This document shows positions 17,806-27,478 of a stretch of 64,000 nucleotides of DNA, piece by piece (within the stretch, counting starts at the first letter, position 1; each line of letters opens with the position of its first letter). This DNA is from Escherichia virus TH40. The stretch is taken from sequence record MT446411.1; one strand, given 5' to 3'. The position numbers were made by a program, and so were the translations under genes. Below the pieces are notes generated by a model. That model ran no database searches. It was not told where the DNA came from and saw only the letters and a list, made by a program, of their open reading frames with translations.

Positions 17806-18360
17806 TTAGTTCTTATAAAAACGGAAGGGATTGATATGAAAGGCTAACATAGCTTTCGGGATAGGACGGGACAGAAGACTTTTTAGCTTCCAACCACAAT
17901 ACACGCGCAGATAAAAGGTGATTCCACCAACTTTAAGATAAGGTACGGAAGCGAACACGCCCCATGCATTATCATTCCACATCCAGAGCCAGCCATGGTG
18001 AGCTTTATCCGGGGAGCCCGATTCAACATCAGGATTACCTTTATAATGGAATTTAGAATCACAATCGCGGCCCAGCTTATGATAAGCAAAATTGTAGGCT
18101 TTGTTTCGCCAGAGCCAGGCCACTCGCTGGAAGTAAACGCCTAACGGCCATTTTCTGATTTTTTCCCAGCGTTTAACATGACCACGGTCGCCATCAATTG
18201 GGTTGTCGTATGTCATCATCCAGTCAAATCCAAACGGAAGCTTACCAGTCTTTTTGTTATGGAACGGCACTACAAATGGTGTAAGGATAACAGCCAGAAT
18301 CATGGAGATAAAATCCAGTGGCACTAACAGAATCCAGCTTAGATATTTTAAAAGTTTCAT
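17806..18360 (-). CDS. hypothetical protein with N-terminal transmembrane segment, late-promoter driven
   Basis: 184 aa; N-terminal ILLVPLDFISMILAVILTPFVV; TATAAATA about 27 nt upstream on minus strand. Confidence 0.55.
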   Translation of the reverse strand: MKLLKYLSWILLVPLDFISMILAVILTPFVVPFHNKKTGKLPFGFDWMMTYDNPIDGDRGHVKRWEKIRKWPLGVYFQRVAWLWRNKAYNFAYHKLGRDCDSKFHYKGNPDVESGSPDKAHHGWLWMWNDNAWGVFASVPYLKVGGITFYLRVYCGWKLKSLLSRPIPKAMLAFHINPFRFYKN

Positions 18361-18386
18361 AAATTTCCTTAGTTATGGGTACGTTA

Positions 18387-18394
18387 TATTTATA
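18387..18394 (-). promoter_or_regulatory. T4-type late promoter motif TATAAATA
   Basis: exact TATAAATA on minus strand (plus tatttata) immediately after terminator hairpin and before ATG 18360. Confidence 0.5.
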
Positions 18395-18396
18395 AA

Positions 18397-18425
18397 AAAG
18401 CCCCAACCTTTCGGAAGGGGCTATA
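18397..18425 (-). terminator. intrinsic terminator
   Basis: minus-strand GCCCCttccgaaaggttGGGGC followed by TTTTTT. Confidence 0.55.
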
Positions 18426-18459
18426 CCTTGTCGGGGTTCCACCTGCAAGGCAAGTGTTC

Positions 18460-18843
18460 TTATCCGCGGGCGAATGCCATTGCAGCGCGTTCGTTGGCAC
18501 GGTCAGTGATGTTCAAGAATTTATCACGAGCGATTTCGATTGGAGCGCCAACCCAGTCAGCGGCTCCATTACCTGGAGATTGTTTAGGACGAACCATATA
18601 AGTTGAAACTTTGGAACCAGCTAGTTTAGCACCAGGTGCAGCGGCATTCTTAACGTCTTTAGCTTTGATACCAAAACCAGTTACAATGCCCCAAGAAACA
18701 CCATTAACTGGTTTCTTGAACATAACACGGTCGCCAATTGAAACCCCAGCTTTTTCTGGAGCTACTAAAGAAAATTTACCGGCTTCAGTCAGTACGGATT
18801 CGGTGATGGTATTGCGATTTAAAAATTCTGCATATGTAAGCAT
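18460..18843 (-). CDS. candidate internal protein with degenerate CTS, late-promoter driven
   Basis: 127 aa; N-terminus MLTYAEFLNRNTITE resembles CTS MKTYQEFIAE and carries an I-T-E cleavage motif; TATAAATA upstream. Confidence 0.5.
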   Translation of the reverse strand: MLTYAEFLNRNTITESVLTEAGKFSLVAPEKAGVSIGDRVMFKKPVNGVSWGIVTGFGIKAKDVKNAAAPGAKLAGSKVSTYMVRPKQSPGNGAADWVGAPIEIARDKFLNITDRANERAAMAFARG

Positions 18844-18874
18844 TTTGTTTTTCCATTATTAGGGTTGTTGTTAA

Positions 18875-18882
18875 TATTTATA
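18875..18882 (-). promoter_or_regulatory. T4-type late promoter motif TATAAATA
   Basis: minus-strand ggaaTATAAATAttaac about 32 nt upstream of ATG 18843. Confidence 0.5.
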
Positions 18883-18892
18883 TTCCATAGTA

Positions 18893-18945
18893 CCGGATGC
18901 ACCACCCGCTCGGATTTCTCATACTACCGGGCGCACCGCCCGCTC
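18893..18945 (-). repeat. tandem direct repeat (two ~24-nt GC-rich units, each a short hairpin)
   Basis: plus taccggatgcaccacccgctcgg ... taccgggcgcaccgcccgctctgg separated by 11 nt. Confidence 0.6.
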
Positions 18946-19084
18946 TGGAAAAACTCCGTAAAAGGTGCGCCGTTTCAGCTGTGATATAAGGGGCCATTAA
19001 CAAAACATAAAGATTTATTAATGTCAGTCCTTAAACAGGGAACTTCAGTCCGACGACTTACCGGTAGCGACCCGGTTTCTTGTT

Positions 19085-19160
19085 TGGTCGAGACAGTAGG
19101 AATCGAACCTACGACCCAGGACTTAGAAGGTCCTTGCTCTTCCTTCTGAGCTATGCCTCG
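19085..19160 (-). tRNA. tRNA-Arg (anticodon UCU)
   Basis: 76-nt cloverleaf folded by hand: acceptor CGAGGCA/TGTCTCG, D-arm GCTC-AGAAGGAA-GAGC, anticodon stem AGGAC/GTCCT with loop CTTCTAA, T-arm GTAGG-TTCGATT-CCTAC, encoded CCA. Confidence 0.8.
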
Positions 19161-19293
19161 TGCTTGTTCATAGCGGGGTGGACTCGAACCACCAATATTA
19201 AGTCACTCATGCTCCAAGCATGCAGGGCACTTACCCCGGACGGAATCGAACCGCATCTACAATACCTATCGCCATGATAATTTAAAATAAGTT
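19161..19293 (-). ncRNA. unresolved tRNA-like / small stable RNA region
   Basis: two T-arm-like motifs (GGTTCGATTCC, GGTGGTTCGAGTCCACC) but no canonical cloverleaf could be folded by hand. Confidence 0.25.
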
Positions 19294-19367
19294 TGGTGGC
19301 CCTGGGTGGAATCGAACCACCATCCAGCGATTATGAGTCGCTCGCTTGACCGTCCAGCTACAGGGCC
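19294..19367 (-). tRNA. tRNA with CAU anticodon (Met, or Ile if lysidine-modified as in T4)
   Basis: 74-nt cloverleaf: acceptor GGCCCTG/CAGGGCC perfect 7 bp, anticodon stem AGCGA/TCGCT with loop CTCATAA, T-arm GGTGG-TTCGATT-CCACC, encoded CCA. Confidence 0.75.
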
Positions 19368-19445
19368 TTAATTCTATTATGAAAGGCTCTTTGAGGGAAG
19401 AACCTTTGGTAATAGAGGGTACTTATTAATAATAACGCGTTTTTA

Positions 19446-19922
19446 TTAAAGCATATCAAGTGCTTTAACGTTCAGGATTTGGATTTCTTCTTCGATGATG
19501 TATAATTTCACCCACGAAACTACGCGTATAAAATCACTATCATATTCCACTGGCTCGCCCAGCAATTCCTGGAGAGAACACAATAATTCAAATTCCTGGT
19601 CATTGTCACCTTCAACCAGATTTTCAATACAAAGTGTTTTGTTAATGAATTCAGGAGTTAATTGACCAGATTTTACACCAGATTCAATGTGTGCGATAAT
19701 CAAGTCTTTAACTATGTCCCATTCTGAATTACCACATTTATTGCGGTTATTACAATGAGAGCCTTGAAAAAGTTCCAGGATATATTTGTACTGCTGGATT
19801 TCTTGTTCTTCTACACCAAATATTGTCTGGGTTTTATAGTTGTCACCATCATTTTCCAAGGTTTCAATTTCAATCACATAACCTTTAGGGATGGTCTGAC
19901 CAAATTTAATATTCATAATCAA
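19446..19922 (-). CDS. hypothetical acidic protein
   Basis: 158-aa ORF. Confidence 0.5.
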   Translation of the reverse strand: MIMNIKFGQTIPKGYVIEIETLENDGDNYKTQTIFGVEEQEIQQYKYILELFQGSHCNNRNKCGNSEWDIVKDLIIAHIESGVKSGQLTPEFINKTLCIENLVEGDNDQEFELLCSLQELLGEPVEYDSDFIRVVSWVKLYIIEEEIQILNVKALDML

Positions 19923-20299
19923 CCTTCATCAACAATAGTATGGGTATTAGCATTAACAATCTGCCACCAGTCAAAACGGTTAGAACCATATTGAGGCTTA
20001 TTCTCGTTTTCTTTAATGATATCACGCAGTTCATCTTCGGTAGCGGCTTTTGCGATTAGGTCTGCATAACCGCCACGGGGATAATAGTTATCGCCAGCAA
20101 AGAGTAAAAAGTTTGTTTTGATATTCTTGAATTCTTCAAGAGTAATAACCGTTCCAGATGGTTGAACAATATCTACGTAACTATATCCTAATTTCTGGGC
20201 ATTATCTACCGCTTCAAGCAGGGTGTCATGTGCCCACCCAATTTGACATTCTGGTTTTTCAGATGGATTTGCCTGATAATCTGCATACACTTTATACAT
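19919..20299 (-). CDS. hypothetical protein
   Basis: ATG at 20299 with SD; track start 20347 is an upstream extension. Confidence 0.5.
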   Translation of the reverse strand: MYKVYADYQANPSEKPECQIGWAHDTLLEAVDNAQKLGYSYVDIVQPSGTVITLEEFKNIKTNFLLFAGDNYYPRGGYADLIAKAATEDELRDIIKENENKPQYGSNRFDWWQIVNANTHTIVDEG

Positions 20300-20300
20300 T

Positions 20301-20486
20301 TTACTCACCTTTAGAGATTTTATCCATAACGAAAGAGATTGAACCAATTAAGAATGCAACTACTAAAGAGATTATATTCTCAGAAGTTGAAAGCATATTC
20401 AACATAAAGCCAGCAAACATGCTAAAACCAAAAGCGGTAACAGCAACAAGGGCAGTAACATTTCTAATTAATTCGCAACGTTTCAT
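20301..20486 (-). CDS. hypothetical small membrane protein
   Basis: 61 aa, two hydrophobic helices; GAGGAG SD and promoter cassette upstream. Confidence 0.5.
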   Translation of the reverse strand: MKRCELIRNVTALVAVTAFGFSMFAGFMLNMLSTSENIISLVVAFLIGSISFVMDKISKGE

Positions 20487-20530
20487 TTTATTCTCCTCAG
20501 TAGTTAATGGGATAATTATGCACTATCCCA
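20487..20530 (-). promoter_or_regulatory. early promoter cassette
   Basis: minus-strand GGGATAgtgCATAATTATCCCattaactactGAGGAGaataaaATG. Confidence 0.45.
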
Positions 20531-20543
20531 TTCAAAAGTACAC

Positions 20544-20777
20544 TTATTTTTTACGGAAAATTGATTTATACTGTTTAGCCCATTTCTCGATAACTTCTGC
20601 CGGACCCTGGATAACAAAATAGTCCCCAAACTCTTCACCGCCGAGCTGACCGTAATTATCTAAGGCGTCGCGGAGAGTTCCATAAGGCATTTCGCCCATT
20701 TTATCTTTCTTGCCGGTGTAAATGAATTGCACTTTAACATCAGCAGTTTCATTAATAAATTCTTGATAAGTTTTCAT
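20544..20777 (-). CDS. internal-protein-like small protein with CTS
   Basis: 77 aa; N-terminus MKTYQEFINE (CTS with I-N-E cleavage motif). Confidence 0.7.
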   Translation of the reverse strand: MKTYQEFINETADVKVQFIYTGKKDKMGEMPYGTLRDALDNYGQLGGEEFGDYFVIQGPAEVIEKWAKQYKSIFRKK

Positions 20778-20832
20778 GTTGTCTCCAGTAGTTGATGGGA
20801 TAATTATACTGCAGTTATCCCAGCGCGTATAC
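20778..20832 (-). promoter_or_regulatory. early promoter cassette
   Basis: minus-strand GTATAC...GGGATAactgcagTATAATTATCCCatcaactactGGAGAcaacATG. Confidence 0.45.
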
Positions 20833-21075
20833 TTATTTTAAGTCTTCCAGACGTTTTTTCATCTTGGTACCATTCTTAGCAATTTCGCCTGCATCAGAAC
20901 AAAGAGCAAGGAGAGCTTTAACTTTACCCTGGTCGCCTTTAAAAGATGATGCATCTACAGAATCAGCAAGTTCTTTGATGCGAGCAAACAGACGCTCTGC
21001 TTCAGCAAGGGCTTGACCAAGTTTAACTTCCATACCATGAGAAGATTCATTAATAAATGTTTGATAAGTTTTCAT
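20833..21075 (-). CDS. internal-protein-like small protein with CTS
   Basis: 80 aa; N-terminus MKTYQTFINE. Confidence 0.7.
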   Translation of the reverse strand: MKTYQTFINESSHGMEVKLGQALAEAERLFARIKELADSVDASSFKGDQGKVKALLALCSDAGEIAKNGTKMKKRLEDLK

Positions 21076-21083
21076 TTGAAATC

Positions 21084-21356
21084 CTATTTTAGATAAATTG
21101 CGTATTTTTTATACCCAGCTGTCTCATGGCGGAGACCCTTGTCATTGGCAAAACGCTCAATGTTATTAATTTGGTTCTGGTCAAGTTCTGAAATGTCAAA
21201 CGCGAAAAAGTTGCGTTTGTTTCCAATTGTTATATGGTCAGTTAAGTCAATGCTATACAGGTGATTGATATTGTCAATCATAGCTTTGACTGCTTTACTA
21301 ATTTTTACTTCTTCATTCAGTTGGGACTCGTTGAAAAGTTCATTAAAAGTTTTCAT
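21084..21356 (-). CDS. internal-protein-like small protein with CTS-like N-terminus
   Basis: 90 aa; N-terminus MKTFNELFNE. Confidence 0.6.
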   Translation of the reverse strand: MKTFNELFNESQLNEEVKISKAVKAMIDNINHLYSIDLTDHITIGNKRNFFAFDISELDQNQINNIERFANDKGLRHETAGYKKYAIYLK

Positions 21357-21364
21357 AAGAAACC

Positions 21365-21697
21365 TTATTTATACAGTTTAGCTAGTTCTTTACGTCCGCG
21401 AGCAGACATAATGAATTGTTCATCACCAATTTTGAAATAAGCCATGCCGCCGTCAACAGCGATACCAATTTCTTTAGTACCTTCTTTACCTTTCCACTTG
21501 CCACCAGATTTTAGGACAGCTTCAACTGCAGCTTTGGAATATTTGGATGTTTGAAAACGTTCATTACCAATCTGAAAGAAAACACCATCTGCATTTTTGG
21601 ATAAACCAAATTTCAGAGAGCCTTCACTATCATCAATTGATTTAGTCTCATTGATGGCGGATTCGGCTAAAAACTCATTATAAGTCTTGATGTTCAT
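21365..21697 (-). CDS. internal-protein-like protein with CTS-like N-terminus
   Basis: ATG at 21697 with GGAG SD gives MNIKTYNEFLAES... Confidence 0.6.
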   Translation of the reverse strand: MNIKTYNEFLAESAINETKSIDDSEGSLKFGLSKNADGVFFQIGNERFQTSKYSKAAVEAVLKSGGKWKGKEGTKEIGIAVDGGMAYFKIGDEQFIMSARGRKELAKLYK

Positions 21698-21750
21698 TTT
21701 AACTCCGTTTGTTCGTTGGTGTAGGAACATAATACTGTGCCTACACTCAT
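21698..21750 (-). promoter_or_regulatory. early promoter cassette
   Basis: minus-strand GTGTAGGcacagTATTATgttCCTACACcaacgaacaaacGGAGttaaaATG. Confidence 0.4.
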
Positions 21751-21757
21751 TTGTACA

Positions 21758-22448
<691 letters not shown>

Positions 22449-22449
<1 letters not shown>

Positions 22450-23126
22450 TATATTACCTTATTAATTTTATCAAAAAGTTCTTCGAGTGTGCCATCGTTT
22501 TTAATAACAATGTCACTAGCTAGTGGTGGAAGTCCAGCTTCCGTAATGTGTGTATCAGTAGAATGATTTGCTTCATCGCGTTCTACAAAGATTATTGTAG
22601 CACCCATCGCCCGAAGCGAATCAAGTTCGTTCTTTTGGCGAACATCAGGGACAACGTAATATTTATATCCAGAATAGAGGTTGTCAAGATAATCGCACGC
22701 AAAAGTTTTAATCCAAAACATGCTGTCGAACTCTGTACAAACGATGTCAGTTCCAAGGGTCTGCATGAAACGTCTAACTGTCCAGGGCTCAACATTATTT
22801 AGTGTGTGAAATTCAATGATTTTACGAACCATATCTGGATTCGGAAGGTCAAGATTATATTGTTGTTTTAACCATTCAAGAGCATCAACCAGAAGAATAT
22901 AAGCTTCGGTATTGTTCATTATCAAGGTTTTTTCACGGTCATAACCTTGTCCATCAAAATTTTCCAGGGTCAAATTGTGTGGCAGGTCTTGACGAACCCA
23001 CGCTTTATAAAGCGCTTCTTTAATTGGACCAGCAAGTTGCCACTTTGTTCCGTTTTGACTAATAACATAATCAGCGGTCGTATCTTTACCACTGCGTTTT
23101 TTACCCACAATCGCAATTAATTTCAT
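22449..23126 (-). CDS. 1: deoxynucleoside monophosphate kinase
   Basis: 225 aa; MKLIAIVGKKRSGKDTTADYV... matches T4 gp1 P-loop N-terminus. Confidence 0.9.
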
Positions 23127-23722
23127 ACGTTTCTCATAGATGGATGCATTGACTTAGACCTGATTTCCTGTTGCATTGCTGCATTACTATCAATCTGTGG
23201 TCTACCTTCTATTATTATACCATCAATTTCTACAGCAAAAGACTTAAAGTTAAAAGTTGCTGTTGCGTTGATAGCAGGGTCAGAATCTTCTTTATATGAA
23301 TACTGAATCTCTGACAGGTCGGACGGCCATGCTCCATAGTAATGGATTGACATGACAATTTTGTCCTTGTTGTTATCTAAGATATGAAGCGTGACCGCTT
23401 CGGGACGACCCTTTGGATGCCATGCCTTTGATTCGTGTGTGATGTAGTTATTAAGCGAGAGCATCCATTTATAGATATCAAGCCATGCTCTTAAGTCTTT
23501 GTCACACAGAAAGTTAACAATCAGCGGGTCGAATTCTATTGTACTACCAGGAAGGCTGGAGCGATTTATACCTTGCGTTCCGCCGGGGACATCTGTAACA
23601 GGAATGTGAACTCCTGGGAGGGTAACGTCTTGAACGTTGAGTTTAAAAGTCTGTGTGAGGTTTGAGTCGCTTACCTCTAATATAAAGTTAGTCGTGTTAG
23701 TTTGATTATATAAACCTGACAT
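23123..23722 (-). CDS. 3: tail tube terminator / sheath stabiliser gp3
   Basis: ATG at 23722 (MSGLYNQ...); gene order 1-3-2-4 as in T4; track start 23887 is an extension. Confidence 0.7.
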   Translation of the reverse strand: MSGLYNQTNTTNFILEVSDSNLTQTFKLNVQDVTLPGVHIPVTDVPGGTQGINRSSLPGSTIEFDPLIVNFLCDKDLRAWLDIYKWMLSLNNYITHESKAWHPKGRPEAVTLHILDNNKDKIVMSIHYYGAWPSDLSEIQYSYKEDSDPAINATATFNFKSFAVEIDGIIIEGRPQIDSNAAMQQEIRSKSMHPSMRNV

Positions 23723-23807
23723 AGTGCACCTTGTTTGCTTTAAACCAATCAGTGTTATAATGGTTCTAGACCTTTTGTCCTTACCAATAACACTGACCGA
23801 TAATAGA

Positions 23808-24632
23808 TTATGAATTTCTCCATACTTTCTGGGAAGAGAATCTTTTGCCTTTCGACATGAACTGCTGAAGGGGGAGTAATACCACATTTGCCCAGTCGCT
23901 GGGCTTGATTTCAGTGATACTACCTTTTATATTACCAGGTATATATGCTTTAATCATCTGGTCAGCCCCTTTAAATCCCTTCACCTTTGACCAATCAATC
24001 TTCAGATGAGTCTTGTTTGTAATCGTAGGAGTATTAGCATATTGCTTAAGAAGTTCCTCAAGGAACTCTTGACGTGCCTTCGGTGGAATATAGTGCAAGT
24101 TCAAACCGTACATCAAATTATGCTTACCTAGACCAAGATAAATGATTAACGGATATTTATCCCAGTATGGAAGAGTATCCTTATGCTTTGCATCATAGAT
24201 ATAAGCATAAAGTTTGCCTGGTTGAGGTTTAGCCGTTACGTGACCGCGAACTGATTTCTTAATTGTCTCTGCGAACCATCTGGCGGATTTGGTGTTGCTT
24301 GCAGCGCCTTCGTTAGCAATCTTATCTCTTATGCTCTTCCTAAAGCTATTCACCATTATCAGCTGGCGTTCCGCCTTCGTAAGTTTACCAGCAGGTTTCT
24401 TTTTGAGCTTAGATACTTTATAAGCAGTCTGAATTCTTGAATGATACCTCGACATGCTTTTGGTAAAGGTCGAATAGTTGATTCCTTTCTCTTCAGCAAA
24501 CTTCTTCGAGGTCATTCCTTTTTCTTTTGCTGTATAAAATTCAACCCCTATCTCAACCCATTGTTGTTCGGATTTACTGGGTTTCGGACCTGGTTTATCT
24601 GCAGATTCATTGATAAATGTAAAAATACTCAT
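23808..24632 (-). CDS. 2: DNA end protector protein gp2
   Basis: ATG at 24632 forms ATGA overlap with gene 4 stop and gives 274 aa, the size of T4 gp2. Confidence 0.75.
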   Translation of the reverse strand: MSIFTFINESADKPGPKPSKSEQQWVEIGVEFYTAKEKGMTSKKFAEEKGINYSTFTKSMSRYHSRIQTAYKVSKLKKKPAGKLTKAERQLIMVNSFRKSIRDKIANEGAASNTKSARWFAETIKKSVRGHVTAKPQPGKLYAYIYDAKHKDTLPYWDKYPLIIYLGLGKHNLMYGLNLHYIPPKARQEFLEELLKQYANTPTITNKTHLKIDWSKVKGFKGADQMIKAYIPGNIKGSITEIKPSDWANVVLLPLQQFMSKGKRFSSQKVWRNS

Positions 24633-25078
24633 CCTTTCCATCCTAATTTTTTCAGTGAGTTTTCAGTGATTATCCTGAACGTTATACCCATCTTATCCGC
24701 GGTAGCTTGCGCAGCTTTCCATTTGTCAGAGTTAACGCTCCAGGTGTACATCTCGTTAATAAATCTCTTTTTACTCGCGGCTGTATTATTAACCGGTTTG
24801 GTTGGAGGTCTTGTTTCTTTTAATGGCTTAACTTCAAAAAAGAACTGTTGTCCTGTATCAAACTTAACCCAGAAATCCATATAATATCTGCGCTTTTTCC
24901 CTTCAGCATTGCAGAAGTATGGAATAATCACAGTCTCAGAGCCCCATTGAACAACGTTCGGATGGTTGTCGAGCCATCTCATCAACCAAGCCTCCCAGCT
25001 TGACCGGTATTGTATTTTCTTCCAGTCGCCCTTATATTTTTCTATATTAGTGGGCTTAAATTTCCCGGAGTATGCCAT
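24629..25078 (-). CDS. 4: head completion protein gp4
   Basis: 149 aa at divergent junction with gene 53 as in T4. Confidence 0.8.
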   Translation of the reverse strand: MAYSGKFKPTNIEKYKGDWKKIQYRSSWEAWLMRWLDNHPNVVQWGSETVIIPYFCNAEGKKRRYYMDFWVKFDTGQQFFFEVKPLKETRPPTKPVNNTAASKKRFINEMYTWSVNSDKWKAAQATADKMGITFRIITENSLKKLGWKG

Positions 25079-25110
25079 ATAGCCTCCTAATAAATATTGA
25101 TATACTTATT

Positions 25111-25118
25111 TATAAATG
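25111..25118 (+). promoter_or_regulatory. late-promoter-like motif TATAAATG
   Basis: 7 of 8 match to TATAAATA, about 9 nt before GGAGG SD of gene 53. Confidence 0.4.
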
Positions 25119-25126
25119 GAGGCTTT

Positions 25127-25729
25127 ATGCTTTTTTCATTTTTTAACCCAATTGATTATGATGCTAAAACAATCAGAAAAAACTCGGCATCATTAACGAA
25201 AGAAGATGTCTTAAGCATCCCAATGACTGACATCTTCAGAAACTATCGTGCGTATTTTGATAAGGTTGCGGTTAATTATACACCGAAAACATATTACATC
25301 GCCGGAGCTCCGAGACCTGAAGAACTTGCATATCAGCTCTATGGTAATACTCAACTCTATTGGGTTCTCCTTATGCTTAATAATATCTATGACCCGTATT
25401 ATGGTTGGATATGTTCACAAGAATCATCATATCAGGCATCAATTCAACGCTATTCGAATATAGGTGGTAATCAGGTTCTTTATCATGTAAATGAAGATGG
25501 TGAAAAATTCTGGAATCTTGTTTCTTATCCTGATAATCCATACACATGGTATGATAAAGGTGATAAGAACAAATTATACCCACAGTATGAAGGCCCATTA
25601 GCTGCAGTGGATATCTACGAAGATGCTATTCGCAAAAATGAATATAAACGAGAAATAAAGATAATCGACCCTAATGATATCGAATCATTTATTTCGGCAT
25701 TAATCCGCGAGATGGAGAAGGCGCTATGA
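25127..25729 (+). CDS. 53: baseplate wedge protein gp53
   Basis: From ATG 25127: MLFSFFNPIDYDAKTIRKN...PMTDIFRNYRAYF matches T4 gp53. Confidence 0.9.
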   Translation: MLFSFFNPIDYDAKTIRKNSASLTKEDVLSIPMTDIFRNYRAYFDKVAVNYTPKTYYIAGAPRPEELAYQLYGNTQLYWVLLMLNNIYDPYYGWICSQESSYQASIQRYSNIGGNQVLYHVNEDGEKFWNLVSYPDNPYTWYDKGDKNKLYPQYEGPLAAVDIYEDAIRKNEYKREIKIIDPNDIESFISALIREMEKAL

Positions 25730-27468
25730 TTAATATGTCAGATAGTGTAAGTTGGTTCGTCGGTGTTGTCGAAGACCGAATGGACCCACTTCAACAAGGT
25801 CGTGTTCGTGTTCGGGTATGGGGTATGCATCCATATGAGAAATCACAAGGGCCTGTAAAAGGTATCAGAACTGAAGACCTACCATGGATGTCCGTACTGA
25901 TGCCAACATCATCTGCATCGGTTTCCGGTATTCAAACTGCCATGACTGGTATGGTACCAGGGACTCAGGTATATGGTCACTTTTTGGACAAGTGGAAGCT
26001 CAATGGATTAGTCCTTGGTACATATGGCTCAGCATCAAGACAGAAGGCAAACACAACAGAAGGTTTTAGTGACCCCACAGGGCAATATCCACTTTATGTG
26101 GGCAATGATGCTGCTGCGCTTAACCGAGGCGGTGAGGTCGGTTATGATGACACTTCAAACGTAATACAAGATGCAAACACTGATGTAGGTATTAATCCAG
26201 ACGGGTTAGATTTAAGCCAAGTTAAGCCTGATGATAATCCTAATTTCACAATAGAAAACATGCTTCACCGCGATGAAGGTCTTCGTCTGAAAGTATATTG
26301 GGACACTGAAGGTTATCCTACTATAGGTATAGGACACTTAATTACACCACAACCTATTAGAGATATGAATCAGATAAACAAAATATTATCTAATCAAATA
26401 GGCCGTGAAGTTAAAGGTAACCCTGGTGCAATATCAATGGACGAGGCTTCTAAGTTATTCCAAGAAGACCTTAAAAAAGTCCAAAATGATATAGGTAGAC
26501 ATAGTGTTGTAGGTCCGGTTTACAATAAAGAAAACCGTTCAAGACAAATGGCTCTTGAAAACATGGCTTTCCAAATGGGATTAGGTGGACTTGCTAAATT
26601 CCGTGGAATGCTTAGTGCAATGTTAATAGGCGATTATAAAAAGGCATTTGAAGAAGCTCGCAATTCAGTATGGTTTAACCAAACTAAAGGACGTGCATCA
26701 AGGGTATCAATGATTATCCTCACCGGTAATATGGAATCATACGGTATTATGGCCCCAAAAGAAATGGAATTTAATGGGCGTTCTTATAGGATGATTCAAA
26801 CCTTTGCAGCCCCTACAAATTCCGACCCGGCCGACCCGTGGACTCCAGAAGATACGAGGATTCTGTTTAAAGAGCCAGAATCAAGTTACAAGGGCGAATA
26901 TCCTTATGTGCAGACAATGCAAACTGAAGGCGGTCATATTCAGGAATTCGATAACACTCCAGGACAAGAACGTTATCGACTGATTCATCCGACCGGTTCC
27001 TATGAGGAAGTTGCACCAGATGGTCGTAAGACTTCGAAGACGGTAGCCGATGGCTATTATATGACCCAGGGCGATTCAAGCACTTATGTTGGTGGGAATA
27101 ATAAAGTCAACGTTGGTGGTGATGAAACCTATTACAATATGGCTAACGTTCGTCGTCAGACCGATGGAAACGAAACCATCCATATTCGTGGTAACGAAGA
27201 GAAAACTGTAGAAGGTAATGGAACACTCAGAGTTAAAGGCAACGTTACTGTTATTGTTGAAGGAAATGCTGATGTTACTGTTAAGGGTGATGCGACTACC
27301 TTAGTAGAAGGTAATGAAACTCGCACGACTAATGGTAATTTAAACTGGACTGTAAATGGTACCGTATCTTGGACTTGTGCAGGTGCTTGGTCCGAGACTA
27401 TGGCTTCAATGAGTTCTATTACATCTAGTCAATATACTATTGATGGTTCGAGGATTGACATTGGCTAA
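25726..27468 (+). CDS. 5: baseplate hub / cell-puncturing protein gp5 with lysozyme domain
   Basis: 580 aa; OB-fold N-terminus, central lysozyme domain (LRLKVYWDTEGYPTIGIGHLI) and C-terminal VxGxxxV beta-helix repeats. Confidence 0.92.
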   Translation: MINMSDSVSWFVGVVEDRMDPLQQGRVRVRVWGMHPYEKSQGPVKGIRTEDLPWMSVLMPTSSASVSGIQTAMTGMVPGTQVYGHFLDKWKLNGLVLGTYGSASRQKANTTEGFSDPTGQYPLYVGNDAAALNRGGEVGYDDTSNVIQDANTDVGINPDGLDLSQVKPDDNPNFTIENMLHRDEGLRLKVYWDTEGYPTIGIGHLITPQPIRDMNQINKILSNQIGREVKGNPGAISMDEASKLFQEDLKKVQNDIGRHSVVGPVYNKENRSRQMALENMAFQMGLGGLAKFRGMLSAMLIGDYKKAFEEARNSVWFNQTKGRASRVSMIILTGNMESYGIMAPKEMEFNGRSYRMIQTFAAPTNSDPADPWTPEDTRILFKEPESSYKGEYPYVQTMQTEGGHIQEFDNTPGQERYRLIHPTGSYEEVAPDGRKTSKTVADGYYMTQGDSSTYVGGNNKVNVGGDETYYNMANVRRQTDGNETIHIRGNEEKTVEGNGTLRVKGNVTVIVEGNADVTVKGDATTLVEGNETRTTNGNLNWTVNGTVSWTCAGAWSETMASMSSITSSQYTIDGSRIDIG

Positions 27469-27478
27469 TATACTTCCG

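Noticed and set aside
16658-21750. Possible CRISPR array suggested by the repeated about 40-bp elements
   Set aside because: Copies are dispersed, one per intergenic region, of variable sequence and each followed by SD+ATG; they are promoter cassettes, not repeat-spacer arrays.
23723-23887. Upstream extension of gene 3
   Set aside because: Would overlap gene 2; ATG at 23722 gives a protein close to T4 gp3 size.
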